The notes beneath the pieces were generated by a model. The model had not been told where the DNA came from. It saw only the letters and a list, made by a program, of their open reading frames with translations, and made no database searches. A program made the translations under genes and the position numbers. Shown here in pieces: positions 1 through 8,434 of a DNA stretch of 39,732 bases; the stretch's first letter is position 1; every line of letters begins with the position of its first letter. The DNA is from Escherichia phage HK97. The stretch is taken from the sequence record NC_002167.1; one strand, 5' to 3'.

Positions 1-49
1 GTTTGAATTTAACGCTAACCCGATTTTTTTAGTTTTAAGGTGTTGACAT

Positions 50-535
50 ATGGCAGATAAACGAATCCGTTCCGACAGTTCGGCGGCAGCGGTTCAGGCC
101 ATGAAAAATGCAGCTGTGGACACCATCGATCCGCCGTCCCATGCAGGTTTGGAGAAAAAAGCCGAACCATTCTGGCATGACAATATCAGATCGAAAGCTC
201 TGGACAGCTGGACGCCTGCCGACCTTCTAGCCGCCGTAGAACTTGCTAATAATCAGCTCTATATCACCGTTTTACGCAAGGATTTACGCAAAGAAGAGCG
301 CATACGCGGGGAGGAGCGAGACGAAGGCCTTATAAAAGACCTCCGCAAGCAAATTGTTGAGCTACAACGAACTATCCTGGCTCAGCGCCGCGACCTCCAG
401 ATCCACTCCCACGCAACCAACGGCGAAAGTCGCGACCAGAAGAAACGTAATCAGAACGATCGTGATGCACGGAATACCAAAAACGAGCATCAGGACCAGG
501 ACGATAACCTGATCGCCTTTCCCAAGCACGGATAA
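50..535 (+). CDS. terminase small subunit
   Basis: 161-aa ORF, SD-like aaggtg upstream of ATG, directly upstream of and co-oriented with the large terminase; charged C-terminal half typical of TerS. Confidence 0.7.
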   Translation: MADKRIRSDSSAAAVQAMKNAAVDTIDPPSHAGLEKKAEPFWHDNIRSKALDSWTPADLLAAVELANNQLYITVLRKDLRKEERIRGEERDEGLIKDLRKQIVELQRTILAQRRDLQIHSHATNGESRDQKKRNQNDRDARNTKNEHQDQDDNLIAFPKHG

Positions 536-541
536 AAGACT

Positions 542-2056
542 ATGACGCGAGGTGAGCGTGTAATAGCGTTCATTGAGCGCTTTTGCATCGTGCCAGAAGG
601 CAAGCTTATCGGCCAACCTATGCGGTTGGACCCCTTTCAGAAAGATTTCATCCTGGCGGTTTACGACAATCCAGCCGGAACGGATATGGCGATCCTCTCC
701 ATCGCCCGAAAAAATGGTAAGACTGGCCTGATTGCCGGAATTCTGCTGGCTCACCTGGTGGGGCCTGAAGCGGTGCAGAACACGCAGATTGTCAGCGGTG
801 CACTCAGCCGGGAACAGGCGGCCATCGTTTTTAACCTCGCGGTGAAGATGGTTAACCTGAACCCCAAGCTGCAGGAGATTGTGCACATTACGCCCAGCGG
901 CAAAAAGCTGATCGGCCTGCCGTGTAACGTCGAATACAAGGCTTTATCCGCAGAAGGTAAGACGACGCACGGCCTTTCCCCCATTCTGGCCATTCTCGAT
1001 GAAACAGGGCAGGTTAGGGGCCCGCAGGATGATTTTATCGATGCAATAACTACGGCGCAGGGGGCTCATGAAAACCCGCTGCTAATCGTTATCAGTACGC
1101 AGGCAGCAAACGATGCTGACCTGCTTAGCATCTGGATTGATGATGCGGTCAAATCGAAAGATCCGCACATCGTGTGCCACGTTTATGAAGCGCCAAAAGA
1201 CGCTGATATCAGTAAACGCGAGTCCTGGCTGGCTGCGAACCCGGCACTGGGAACATTCAGGTCAGAAAAAGACATGGCGCGCCAGGCTGAGAAAGCTGGC
1301 CGAATGCCAAGCTTCGAAAACACCTTCCGAAACCTCAACCTCAATCAGCGCGTGTCTACCGTATCGCCGTTTATCTCCCGCAGCGTGTGGGAGCTTTGCG
1401 GAGAGATGCCGATTAACACCCCGAGGAAGTGGTACGCGGGGCTGGATCTGTCAGCCAGGAACGACTTAACGGCGCTGGTTATCGCTGGTGAAGCAGATGA
1501 TGGTGTCTGGGATGTTTTCCCCTTCTTCTGGACACCGCAAAAGACTCTTGAAGAGCGAACCAAAACGGACCGAGCACCCTATGACGTTTGGGTGAGGGAG
1601 GGGCTGCTGCGCACCACGCCAGGAGCTTCGGTGGATTACTCATTCGTCGTTGCGGATATCGCTGAAATTATCGGTGATTTCGACCTTACCTCGATGGCTT
1701 TTGACCGCTGGCGCATTGACCAGTTCAGGAAGGATGCCGATGCCATTGGGCTGAGCCTCCCGCTGGTCGAGTTCGGCCAGGGCTTTAAGGATATGGGGCC
1801 AGCTGTAGACACGCTGGAGTCTCTGATGCTTAACGGGCGCGTGAGGCATGGCATGCACCCCGTATTAACGATGTGTGCTGTGAATGCGGTGGTGGTGAAA
1901 GATGCTGCTGGCAACCGCAAGCTCGATAAATCCAAAGCAACGGGCCGTATTGATGGCATGGTCGCAATGACAATGTCCGTTGGTGCTGCTAATGGGGAAG
2001 TTACCGAACAGGGTGGTGACTTCGACGACTTCATTTTCCGACCGCTGAGCATGTGA
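542..2056 (+). CDS. terminase large subunit (ATPase/nuclease)
   Basis: 504-aa ORF 6 nt after TerS; size and position typical of TerL; stop overlaps portal start (TGATG). Confidence 0.85.
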   Translation: MTRGERVIAFIERFCIVPEGKLIGQPMRLDPFQKDFILAVYDNPAGTDMAILSIARKNGKTGLIAGILLAHLVGPEAVQNTQIVSGALSREQAAIVFNLAVKMVNLNPKLQEIVHITPSGKKLIGLPCNVEYKALSAEGKTTHGLSPILAILDETGQVRGPQDDFIDAITTAQGAHENPLLIVISTQAANDADLLSIWIDDAVKSKDPHIVCHVYEAPKDADISKRESWLAANPALGTFRSEKDMARQAEKAGRMPSFENTFRNLNLNQRVSTVSPFISRSVWELCGEMPINTPRKWYAGLDLSARNDLTALVIAGEADDGVWDVFPFFWTPQKTLEERTKTDRAPYDVWVREGLLRTTPGASVDYSFVVADIAEIIGDFDLTSMAFDRWRIDQFRKDADAIGLSLPLVEFGQGFKDMGPAVDTLESLMLNGRVRHGMHPVLTMCAVNAVVVKDAAGNRKLDKSKATGRIDGMVAMTMSVGAANGEVTEQGGDFDDFIFRPLSM

Positions 2057-3330
2057 TGGAAGAACCTAAATACACGATTGACCTGCGAACCAATAACGGC
2101 TGGTGGGCAAGGCTGAAGTCCTGGTTTGTCGGCGGGCGTTTAGTCACCCCAAATCAGGGCTCACAGACGGGGCCTGTTTCGGCCCACGGATACCTGGGCG
2201 ATTCATCCATTAACGATGAACGGATACTGCAAATTTCGACTGTGTGGCGCTGCGTGAGCCTGATTTCAACGCTCACGGCATGCTTACCGCTTGATGTCTT
2301 CGAAACAGACCAGAATGACAACCGTAAAAAAGTGGATTTGAGCAATCCACTGGCGCGACTGCTGCGCTACTCACCGAATCAGTACATGACCGCCCAAGAA
2401 TTCAGGGAGGCCATGACGATGCAGCTCTGTTTCTACGGTAACGCATATGCACTTGTGGACCGCAACAGCGCAGGTGACGTGATCAGCCTTCTCCCGCTTC
2501 AGTCTGCCAATATGGATGTGAAGCTCGTCGGAAAAAAAGTGGTTTATCGCTATCAACGCGACAGCGAATACGCCGACTTTTCGCAGAAAGAGATTTTTCA
2601 CCTTAAAGGCTTCGGATTCACCGGGCTTGTAGGCCTGTCACCCATTGCTTTTGCCTGTAAATCGGCAGGTGTGGCAGTTGCGATGGAGGACCAGCAGCGA
2701 GATTTCTTTGCCAACGGCGCCAAGTCTCCGCAAATCCTCTCAACTGGCGAAAAAGTGCTAACTGAACAGCAGCGCTCCCAGGTCGAAGAGAACTTCAAAG
2801 AGATCGCCGGCGGCCCGGTAAAAAAACGCCTCTGGATTCTGGAAGCGGGTTTTTCTACATCGGCAATTGGCGTAACTCCGCAGGATGCCGAAATGATGGC
2901 GTCCCGAAAATTTCAGGTAAGTGAACTGGCGCGATTCTTTGGCGTACCGCCTCACCTTGTCGGCGACGTCGAGAAATCAACGAGCTGGGGATCGGGCATC
3001 GAGCAGCAGAATCTCGGCTTCCTGCAGTACACGCTGCAGCCCTATATCTCCCGGTGGGAAAACAGTATTCAGCGATGGCTGATCCCATCGAAAGACGTTG
3101 GCCGCCTACATGCTGAGCACAATCTTGATGGTCTCCTGAGGGGCGATTCTGCCTCCCGTGCCGCGTTCATGAAGGCAATGGGAGAGTCCGGCCTGCGTAC
3201 CATCAACGAAATGCGCCGAACAGACAACATGCCGCCATTACCGGGTGGCGATGTAGCGATGCGACAGGCGCAGTATGTGCCAATTACCGACTTAGGAACC
3301 AACAAAGAGCCCCGAAATAACGGGGCTTAA
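2056..3330 (+). CDS. portal protein (HK97-type)
   Basis: 424 aa from ATG at 2056; position between terminase and prohead protease; recalled similarity to HK97-family portal. Confidence 0.85.
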   Translation: MEEPKYTIDLRTNNGWWARLKSWFVGGRLVTPNQGSQTGPVSAHGYLGDSSINDERILQISTVWRCVSLISTLTACLPLDVFETDQNDNRKKVDLSNPLARLLRYSPNQYMTAQEFREAMTMQLCFYGNAYALVDRNSAGDVISLLPLQSANMDVKLVGKKVVYRYQRDSEYADFSQKEIFHLKGFGFTGLVGLSPIAFACKSAGVAVAMEDQQRDFFANGAKSPQILSTGEKVLTEQQRSQVEENFKEIAGGPVKKRLWILEAGFSTSAIGVTPQDAEMMASRKFQVSELARFFGVPPHLVGDVEKSTSWGSGIEQQNLGFLQYTLQPYISRWENSIQRWLIPSKDVGRLHAEHNLDGLLRGDSASRAAFMKAMGESGLRTINEMRRTDNMPPLPGGDVAMRQAQYVPITDLGTNKEPRNNGA

Positions 3331-3335
3331 TTTTT
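3308..3335 (+). terminator. hairpin plus T-run overlapping portal 3' end
   Basis: agccccg-aaataa-cggggct stem-loop followed by TTTTT; overlaps last portal codons and stop. Confidence 0.4.
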
Positions 3336-3347
3336 ATGGGGGCCGTG

Positions 3348-4025
3348 ATGCCTGAAATCGTAAAAACGCTGTCCTTCGACGAGACAGAAATCAAATTCAC
3401 CGGTGACGGGAAGCAGGGGATTTTCGAAGGATATGCCTCTGTTTTTAATAACACCGATTCCGATGGCGACATCATTCTGCCCGGGGCGTTTAAAAACGCG
3501 CTGGCGAACCAGACCCGAAAAGTGGCGATGTTTTTCAACCACAAGACGTGGGAGCTGCCGGTTGGTAAATGGGACAGTCTGGCCGAAGACGAAAAAGGGC
3601 TCTACGTTCGCGGTCAACTTACCCCAGGACACAGCGGCGCCGCCGACCTGAAAGCAGCAATGCAGCACGGCACGGTTGAGGGTATGTCGGTTGGCTTTTC
3701 CGTTGCGAAAGACGATTACACCATCATTCCCACAGGCCGGATTTTTAAGAATATCCAGGCTCTGCGCGAAATCAGCGTCTGCACTTTCCCCGCCAACGAA
3801 CAGGCTGGCATCGCAGCCATGAAAAGTGTCGATGGCATTGAAACGATCCGTGATGTGGAGAACTGGCTGAGGGATTCAGTCGGCCTCACCAAATCACAGG
3901 CAGTTGGGCTAATAGCCCGGTTTAAGTCAGCGATTCGGAGCGAGTCCGAGGGCGACGGAAACGAAGCACAAATAAACGCTCTGCTTCAGAGCATCAAATC
4001 TTTCCCTTCTAACTTAGGTAAATAA
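3348..4025 (+). CDS. prohead maturation protease (HK97 gp4-like)
   Basis: ORF between portal and capsid; start most likely ATG 3348 (G-rich SD upstream), giving about 225 aa; alternative in-frame starts at 3336/3345. Confidence 0.8.
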   Translation: MPEIVKTLSFDETEIKFTGDGKQGIFEGYASVFNNTDSDGDIILPGAFKNALANQTRKVAMFFNHKTWELPVGKWDSLAEDEKGLYVRGQLTPGHSGAADLKAAMQHGTVEGMSVGFSVAKDDYTIIPTGRIFKNIQALREISVCTFPANEQAGIAAMKSVDGIETIRDVENWLRDSVGLTKSQAVGLIARFKSAIRSESEGDGNEAQINALLQSIKSFPSNLGK

Positions 4026-4027
4026 TT

Positions 4028-5185
4028 ATGTCTGAACTCGCTCTCATTCAAAAAGCTATCGAAGAATCCCAGCAGAAAATGACCCAGCTTTTCGATGCGC
4101 AGAAAGCAGAAATCGAAAGCACAGGCCAGGTTTCCAAACAGTTGCAGTCCGACCTGATGAAAGTACAGGAAGAGCTGACCAAATCCGGCACTCGCCTCTT
4201 CGATCTGGAACAGAAACTGGCATCCGGCGCTGAGAATCCTGGTGAGAAGAAATCCTTCTCTGAACGGGCTGCTGAAGAGCTTATTAAGTCATGGGACGGT
4301 AAACAGGGCACCTTTGGCGCTAAAACGTTTAACAAGTCACTAGGCAGTGACGCTGATTCGGCTGGCTCACTGATCCAGCCTATGCAGATCCCAGGCATCA
4401 TCATGCCAGGCCTGCGCCGTCTTACCATTCGTGATCTGCTGGCTCAGGGCCGCACTTCCAGTAACGCTCTGGAATATGTGCGTGAAGAGGTGTTTACCAA
4501 TAACGCCGACGTGGTGGCAGAGAAAGCACTGAAGCCAGAATCGGATATCACCTTCAGCAAACAAACCGCGAACGTGAAGACCATCGCGCACTGGGTGCAG
4601 GCATCACGTCAGGTGATGGATGATGCGCCAATGCTTCAGTCCTACATTAACAACCGCCTCATGTACGGCCTGGCACTGAAGGAAGAGGGCCAGCTGCTGA
4701 ACGGCGACGGTACCGGGGATAACCTGGAAGGGCTGAACAAAGTGGCAACCGCCTATGACACCTCGCTGAATGCCACCGGCGACACCCGCGCTGACATTAT
4801 CGCTCACGCTATTTATCAGGTGACCGAGTCTGAGTTCAGCGCTTCCGGTATCGTCCTGAACCCGCGCGACTGGCACAACATCGCGTTGCTGAAAGACAAT
4901 GAAGGCCGCTATATCTTCGGTGGTCCTCAGGCATTCACCAGTAACATCATGTGGGGCTTGCCAGTGGTTCCGACTAAGGCGCAGGCCGCCGGCACCTTTA
5001 CCGTAGGCGGTTTCGATATGGCCTCACAGGTCTGGGATCGCATGGATGCCACCGTGGAAGTTAGCCGTGAAGACCGCGATAACTTCGTGAAAAACATGCT
5101 GACCATCCTGTGCGAAGAGCGTCTGGCGCTGGCGCATTATCGCCCGACAGCAATCATCAAGGGCACCTTCTCTTCTGGCTCATGA
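4028..5185 (+). CDS. major capsid protein, HK97 fold (gp5-like)
   Basis: 385-aa ORF that matches my recollection of the HK97 gp5 sequence (MSELALIQKAIEES...); directly follows protease. Confidence 0.9.
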   Translation: MSELALIQKAIEESQQKMTQLFDAQKAEIESTGQVSKQLQSDLMKVQEELTKSGTRLFDLEQKLASGAENPGEKKSFSERAAEELIKSWDGKQGTFGAKTFNKSLGSDADSAGSLIQPMQIPGIIMPGLRRLTIRDLLAQGRTSSNALEYVREEVFTNNADVVAEKALKPESDITFSKQTANVKTIAHWVQASRQVMDDAPMLQSYINNRLMYGLALKEEGQLLNGDGTGDNLEGLNKVATAYDTSLNATGDTRADIIAHAIYQVTESEFSASGIVLNPRDWHNIALLKDNEGRYIFGGPQAFTSNIMWGLPVVPTKAQAAGTFTVGGFDMASQVWDRMDATVEVSREDRDNFVKNMLTILCEERLALAHYRPTAIIKGTFSSGS

Positions 5186-5191
5186 TGGAGG

Positions 5192-5213
5192 GGGCGGGGA
5201 AACCCGCCCTTTT
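5192..5213 (+). terminator. GNRA-loop hairpin plus short T-run after capsid gene
   Basis: gggcggg-gaaa-cccgccc followed by TTTT, 7 nt after capsid stop. Confidence 0.45.
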
Positions 5214-5218
5214 AACGT

Positions 5219-5545
5219 ATGGCGATAGATGTTCTGGATGTAATTTCCCTCAGTCTGTTTAAGCAGCAGATTGAGTTTGAGGAAGACGACAGGGACGAGC
5301 TGATCACGCTGTACGCCCAGGCCGCTTTTGACTACTGCATGCGCTGGTGCGATGAACCAGCATGGAAGGTTGCGGCTGATATTCCTGCCGCCGTTAAGGG
5401 CGCCGTTCTGCTTGTCTTTGCTGACATGTTTGAACACCGGACGGCACAAAGCGAAGTGCAGCTTTATGAGAATGCAGCCGCCGAACGCATGATGTTCATT
5501 CATCGCAACTGGCGCGGAAAAGCCGAATCAGAGGAGGGCTCCTGA
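5219..5545 (+). CDS. head-tail connector protein (gp6-like)
   Basis: 108-aa ORF directly after capsid gene; size and position typical. Confidence 0.6.
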   Translation: MAIDVLDVISLSLFKQQIEFEEDDRDELITLYAQAAFDYCMRWCDEPAWKVAADIPAAVKGAVLLVFADMFEHRTAQSEVQLYENAAAERMMFIHRNWRGKAESEEGS

Positions 5546-5883
5546 TGGAACCGGGACGATTCAGGAACAGGGTAAAAATTCTCACCTTCACGACTTCGCG
5601 CGATCCATCTGGTCAGCCGGTTGAATCGTGGACAGGTGGCAACCCGGTCCCGGCTGAGGTAAAGGGGATCAGCGGCAGAGAGCAGCTTTCAGGCGGCGCG
5701 GAAACGGCGCAGGCAACGATTCGCGTCTGGATGCGCTTCAGGTCAGAGCTGAATGCCTCTTCTCGTCTGGAAGTGCTCAGCGGCCCGTATAAAGGTCAGG
5801 TGCTAAATATCATCGGTCCTCCTGTAGCAAATGCGACCGGCACTCGCCTGGAAATTCTTTGCAAAACGGGAGCTGAAAAATGA
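5545..5883 (+). CDS. head closure / head-tail joining protein
   Basis: 112-aa ORF, start overlaps previous stop (coupled), position in connector module. Confidence 0.55.
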   Translation: MEPGRFRNRVKILTFTTSRDPSGQPVESWTGGNPVPAEVKGISGREQLSGGAETAQATIRVWMRFRSELNASSRLEVLSGPYKGQVLNIIGPPVANATGTRLEILCKTGAEK

Positions 5884-6329
5884 TTGAGACGAGCCTCGAT
5901 TTTTCCGGGTTAAATGACATTGCAAAGGATCTGGAGGCGCTTAGCCGCGCTGAAAACAATAAGGTTCTTCGTGATGCCACCCGCGCCGGCGCGGAAGTGC
6001 TTAAGGAAGAAGTGATCGACCGCGCTCCGGTGCGTACCGGGAAACTGAAAAAAAACGTGGTGGTGGTGACCCAAAAAAGCCGTCGCCGCGGGGAAATTTC
6101 TTCCGGCGTCCATATTCGTGGCGTTAACCCGCGCACCGGAAACAGCGATAACACGATGAAGGCTAATAACCCGAGAAACGCCTTTTACTGGCGATTCGTT
6201 GAGCTTGGTACCGCGAACATGCCTGCACATCCGTTTGTGCGACCCGCTTACGATACTCGCGAGGAAGAGGCCGCCAGCGTCGCCATTGCCAGGATGAATC
6301 AGGCTATTGATGAGGTATTGAGCAAGTGA
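5880..6329 (+). CDS. HK97 gp10-like tail component
   Basis: 149-aa ORF with 4-nt overlap to upstream gene; position and size. Confidence 0.55.
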   Translation: MIETSLDFSGLNDIAKDLEALSRAENNKVLRDATRAGAEVLKEEVIDRAPVRTGKLKKNVVVVTQKSRRRGEISSGVHIRGVNPRTGNSDNTMKANNPRNAFYWRFVELGTANMPAHPFVRPAYDTREEEAASVAIARMNQAIDEVLSK

Positions 6330-6673
6330 ATGAAGATAATATCTACGCCTTGCTTTCTCCCCTGGCAGAAGGACGGGTATATCCCTATGTTGCGCCATTA
6401 GGTAGTGACGGTAAACCGTCTGTCTCTCCACCCTGGATTATCTTTTCCATCGTCGATGATGTTTCCGCTGACGTGCTGTGTGGTCAGGCAGAGAGCAGGG
6501 TTTCCGTTCAGGTCGATGTGTATTCCACTTCGATCGCTGAATCACGATCCCTGAGAGATTTGGTGCTCGCTTCGCTTGAGCCGTTAACCCCTACAGAGGT
6601 GGTAAAAATCCCCGGGTACGAGCCAGATTATCGGCTCTACCGTGCCACCCTGGATTTTAAAGTTACCCCCTGA
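6326..6673 (+). CDS. tail completion / tail terminator-like protein
   Basis: 115-aa ORF coupled to upstream gene, immediately before major tail protein. Confidence 0.5.
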   Translation: MNEDNIYALLSPLAEGRVYPYVAPLGSDGKPSVSPPWIIFSIVDDVSADVLCGQAESRVSVQVDVYSTSIAESRSLRDLVLASLEPLTPTEVVKIPGYEPDYRLYRATLDFKVTP

Positions 6674-6692
6674 CAATTAATTCACCCAACGA

Positions 6693-6719
6693 ACCCGCCA
6701 GATGGCGGGTTTTCTTTTT
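6693..6719 (+). terminator. hairpin plus T-run upstream of major tail gene
   Basis: acccgcc-agat-ggcgggt followed by TTTCTTTTT. Confidence 0.5.
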
Positions 6720-6732
6720 CCAGGAGACAGCT

Positions 6733-7437
6733 ATGTCTGCACTTTATGAAAAATCGCAGCTGACGAAGATCCTTATTTCCTCCCTGCCGTCCACCAAAGA
6801 AACGATGGATTCCGCCACCTTTCTCGATCTGAGTTGCACCATCAAAGAAATTCAGTTCACTGGTGGCCAGAAGCAGGATATCGACGTAACAACACTTTGC
6901 TCTACCGAGCAGGAGAACATCAACGGCCTGCCTTCTCCGTCAGAAATCTCTCTGTCCGGCAACTTCTACAATAATCCAGCGCAGGACGCCTTGCGTGATG
7001 CGTATGACAACGACACCACTTACGGCTTCCAGATCATCTTCCCGTCAGGTAATGGTTTTAAGTTCCTGGCCGAAGTTCGCCAGCATACCTGGTCATCTGG
7101 TACCAATGGTGTTGTGGCAGCTACATTCTCACTGCGCCTTAAAGGCAAGCCTGTCCCGATTGACTCTGTACTTAAACTGACCACTGATCTTCCTTCCTCA
7201 CTGTCTGTAGCGGTGGGGGCTGCGATCAGCATGGCTGTAGTAGCTGCCGGTGGTAAGCCTCCGTATGCCTACACCTGGAAGAAGGCAGGTAGCACCGTCA
7301 GCGGGCAGACATCCGATACCTTTAATAAAGCCACCGCAGTTTCAGGTGATGCAGGTGATTACACCTGTGTGGTTACGGATTCTTCTTCTCCGGTCAAAAC
7401 GGTTACCTCAGCTGCCTGCACCCTTACTATCAGTTAA
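6733..7437 (+). CDS. major tail protein with C-terminal Ig-like domain
   Basis: 234-aa ORF with SD aggaga; C-terminal about 80 aa resemble a bacterial Ig-like surface domain (…GDAGDYTCVVTD…); position before G/T chaperones. Confidence 0.7.
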   Translation: MSALYEKSQLTKILISSLPSTKETMDSATFLDLSCTIKEIQFTGGQKQDIDVTTLCSTEQENINGLPSPSEISLSGNFYNNPAQDALRDAYDNDTTYGFQIIFPSGNGFKFLAEVRQHTWSSGTNGVVAATFSLRLKGKPVPIDSVLKLTTDLPSSLSVAVGAAISMAVVAAGGKPPYAYTWKKAGSTVSGQTSDTFNKATAVSGDAGDYTCVVTDSSSPVKTVTSAACTLTIS

Positions 7438-7471
7438 TGGAGATGCCGGGTTGTCCCGGCATGGATAAGCG

Positions 7472-7858
7472 ATGTCGCAAACTTTAAAACAATTAGCCAT
7501 GGCGAAAATGGCTGGCTTTCGCCATAAGACGGTCGTTGTCCCTGAGTGGGAAGGTGTCAAAGTGGTTCTCCGTGAGCCGTCAGGTGAAGCCTGGCTGCGC
7601 TGGCAGGAGGTGGTGAAAGGGGGGGGCGACGATGAAAATGTGTCGGTATCGGAAAAGGCGCACCGTAATCTTTGCGCTGACGTGGTGCTCTTCATTGACG
7701 TTCTGTGTGACACCGATAAGCAACCGGTATTCAGCGTAGACGAAGAAGAGCAGGTGCGTGAAATTTACGGGCCCGTGCACTCACGTCTGCTCAAACAGGC
7801 GCTTGACCTGATCAACAATGCGGACGAAGCGCGGGAAAAGTCTCAACCCCCGGCGTAA
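7472..7858 (+). CDS. tail assembly chaperone (gpG-like)
   Basis: 128-aa acidic ORF between major tail and tape measure; followed by an overlapping ORF in the -1 frame. Confidence 0.65.
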   Translation: MSQTLKQLAMAKMAGFRHKTVVVPEWEGVKVVLREPSGEAWLRWQEVVKGGGDDENVSVSEKAHRNLCADVVLFIDVLCDTDKQPVFSVDEEEQVREIYGPVHSRLLKQALDLINNADEAREKSQPPA

Positions 7859-8145
7859 AGTTTCTGATGTCGCTTGCGCTCCGGATGGGGCGCACGCTCT
7901 CAGAGCTTCGGCAGAATATGACGGCAAGCGAGCTTCTGATGTGGATTGAGTACGACAGGCAAAGCCCGGTTGGCGATATTCGCGGTGATATCCATGCAGC
8001 GCAGATTGTCTCTGCCATCTACGGCTCGCAGGGGGCAAAAGTACCGCTGGACGATGCGATCCTGCGCTGGGGTGGTGATGAGCAATCAGAACCGAAGGAC
8101 CCGTTTGCAGGGCTTGAGGCGGCACTTACAGCTGCGACACAATAA
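7807..8145 (+). CDS. tail assembly chaperone -1 frame extension (gpT-like segment)
   Basis: -1 frame relative to G is open from 7807 to 8145 and overlaps the G 3' end; GGGAAAAG run at 7833-7840 resembles the lambda G/T slippery site. Confidence 0.45.
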   Translation, partial: PDQQCGRSAGKVSTPGVKFLMSLALRMGRTLSELRQNMTASELLMWIEYDRQSPVGDIRGDIHAAQIVSAIYGSQGAKVPLDDAILRWGGDEQSEPKDPFAGLEAALTAATQ

Positions 8146-8202
8146 TTGCTTCACATGCCTTCAATGTAGCGATACGCTCTTTCCTTAAGTAAAGGAGGCG
8201 TT

Positions 8203-8391
8203 ATGGAACCACTGGTAGTAGTGTTTGGAATATTCGGCTGGATGATAAATCTAATTGTGATTTTTTATTTATTACGGTTTAGCACAAGGGCAAATGAACA
8301 AGTTGAAGCCCTTAAAGAGATAAATAAAAAGCAAGATGCGCAAATAGATTTATTAATACAAGTCGCTCACCAAAGAAAAGACAGTTTATAA
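8203..8391 (+). CDS. moron-encoded small membrane protein (candidate superinfection exclusion, HK97 gp15-like)
   Basis: 62-aa ORF, strong SD aaggagg, one N-terminal TM helix; AT-rich compared with flanking tail genes; own terminator downstream. Confidence 0.6.
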   Translation: MEPLVVVFGIFGWMINLIVIFYLLRFSTRANEQVEALKEINKKQDAQIDLLIQVAHQRKDSL

Positions 8392-8397
8392 CTCACG

Positions 8398-8422
8398 ACC
8401 CGCTATCAAGCGGGTTTTTTTT
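8398..8422 (+). terminator. intrinsic terminator after moron
   Basis: acccgc-tatcaa-gcgggt followed by T8. Confidence 0.6.
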
Positions 8423-8434
8423 ATGGGTGAAAAT

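Noticed and set aside
7445-7460. Hairpin gccggg-ttgt-cccggc after the major tail gene as a terminator
   Set aside because: No T-run follows; more likely an mRNA-stabilising or processing stem-loop than an intrinsic terminator
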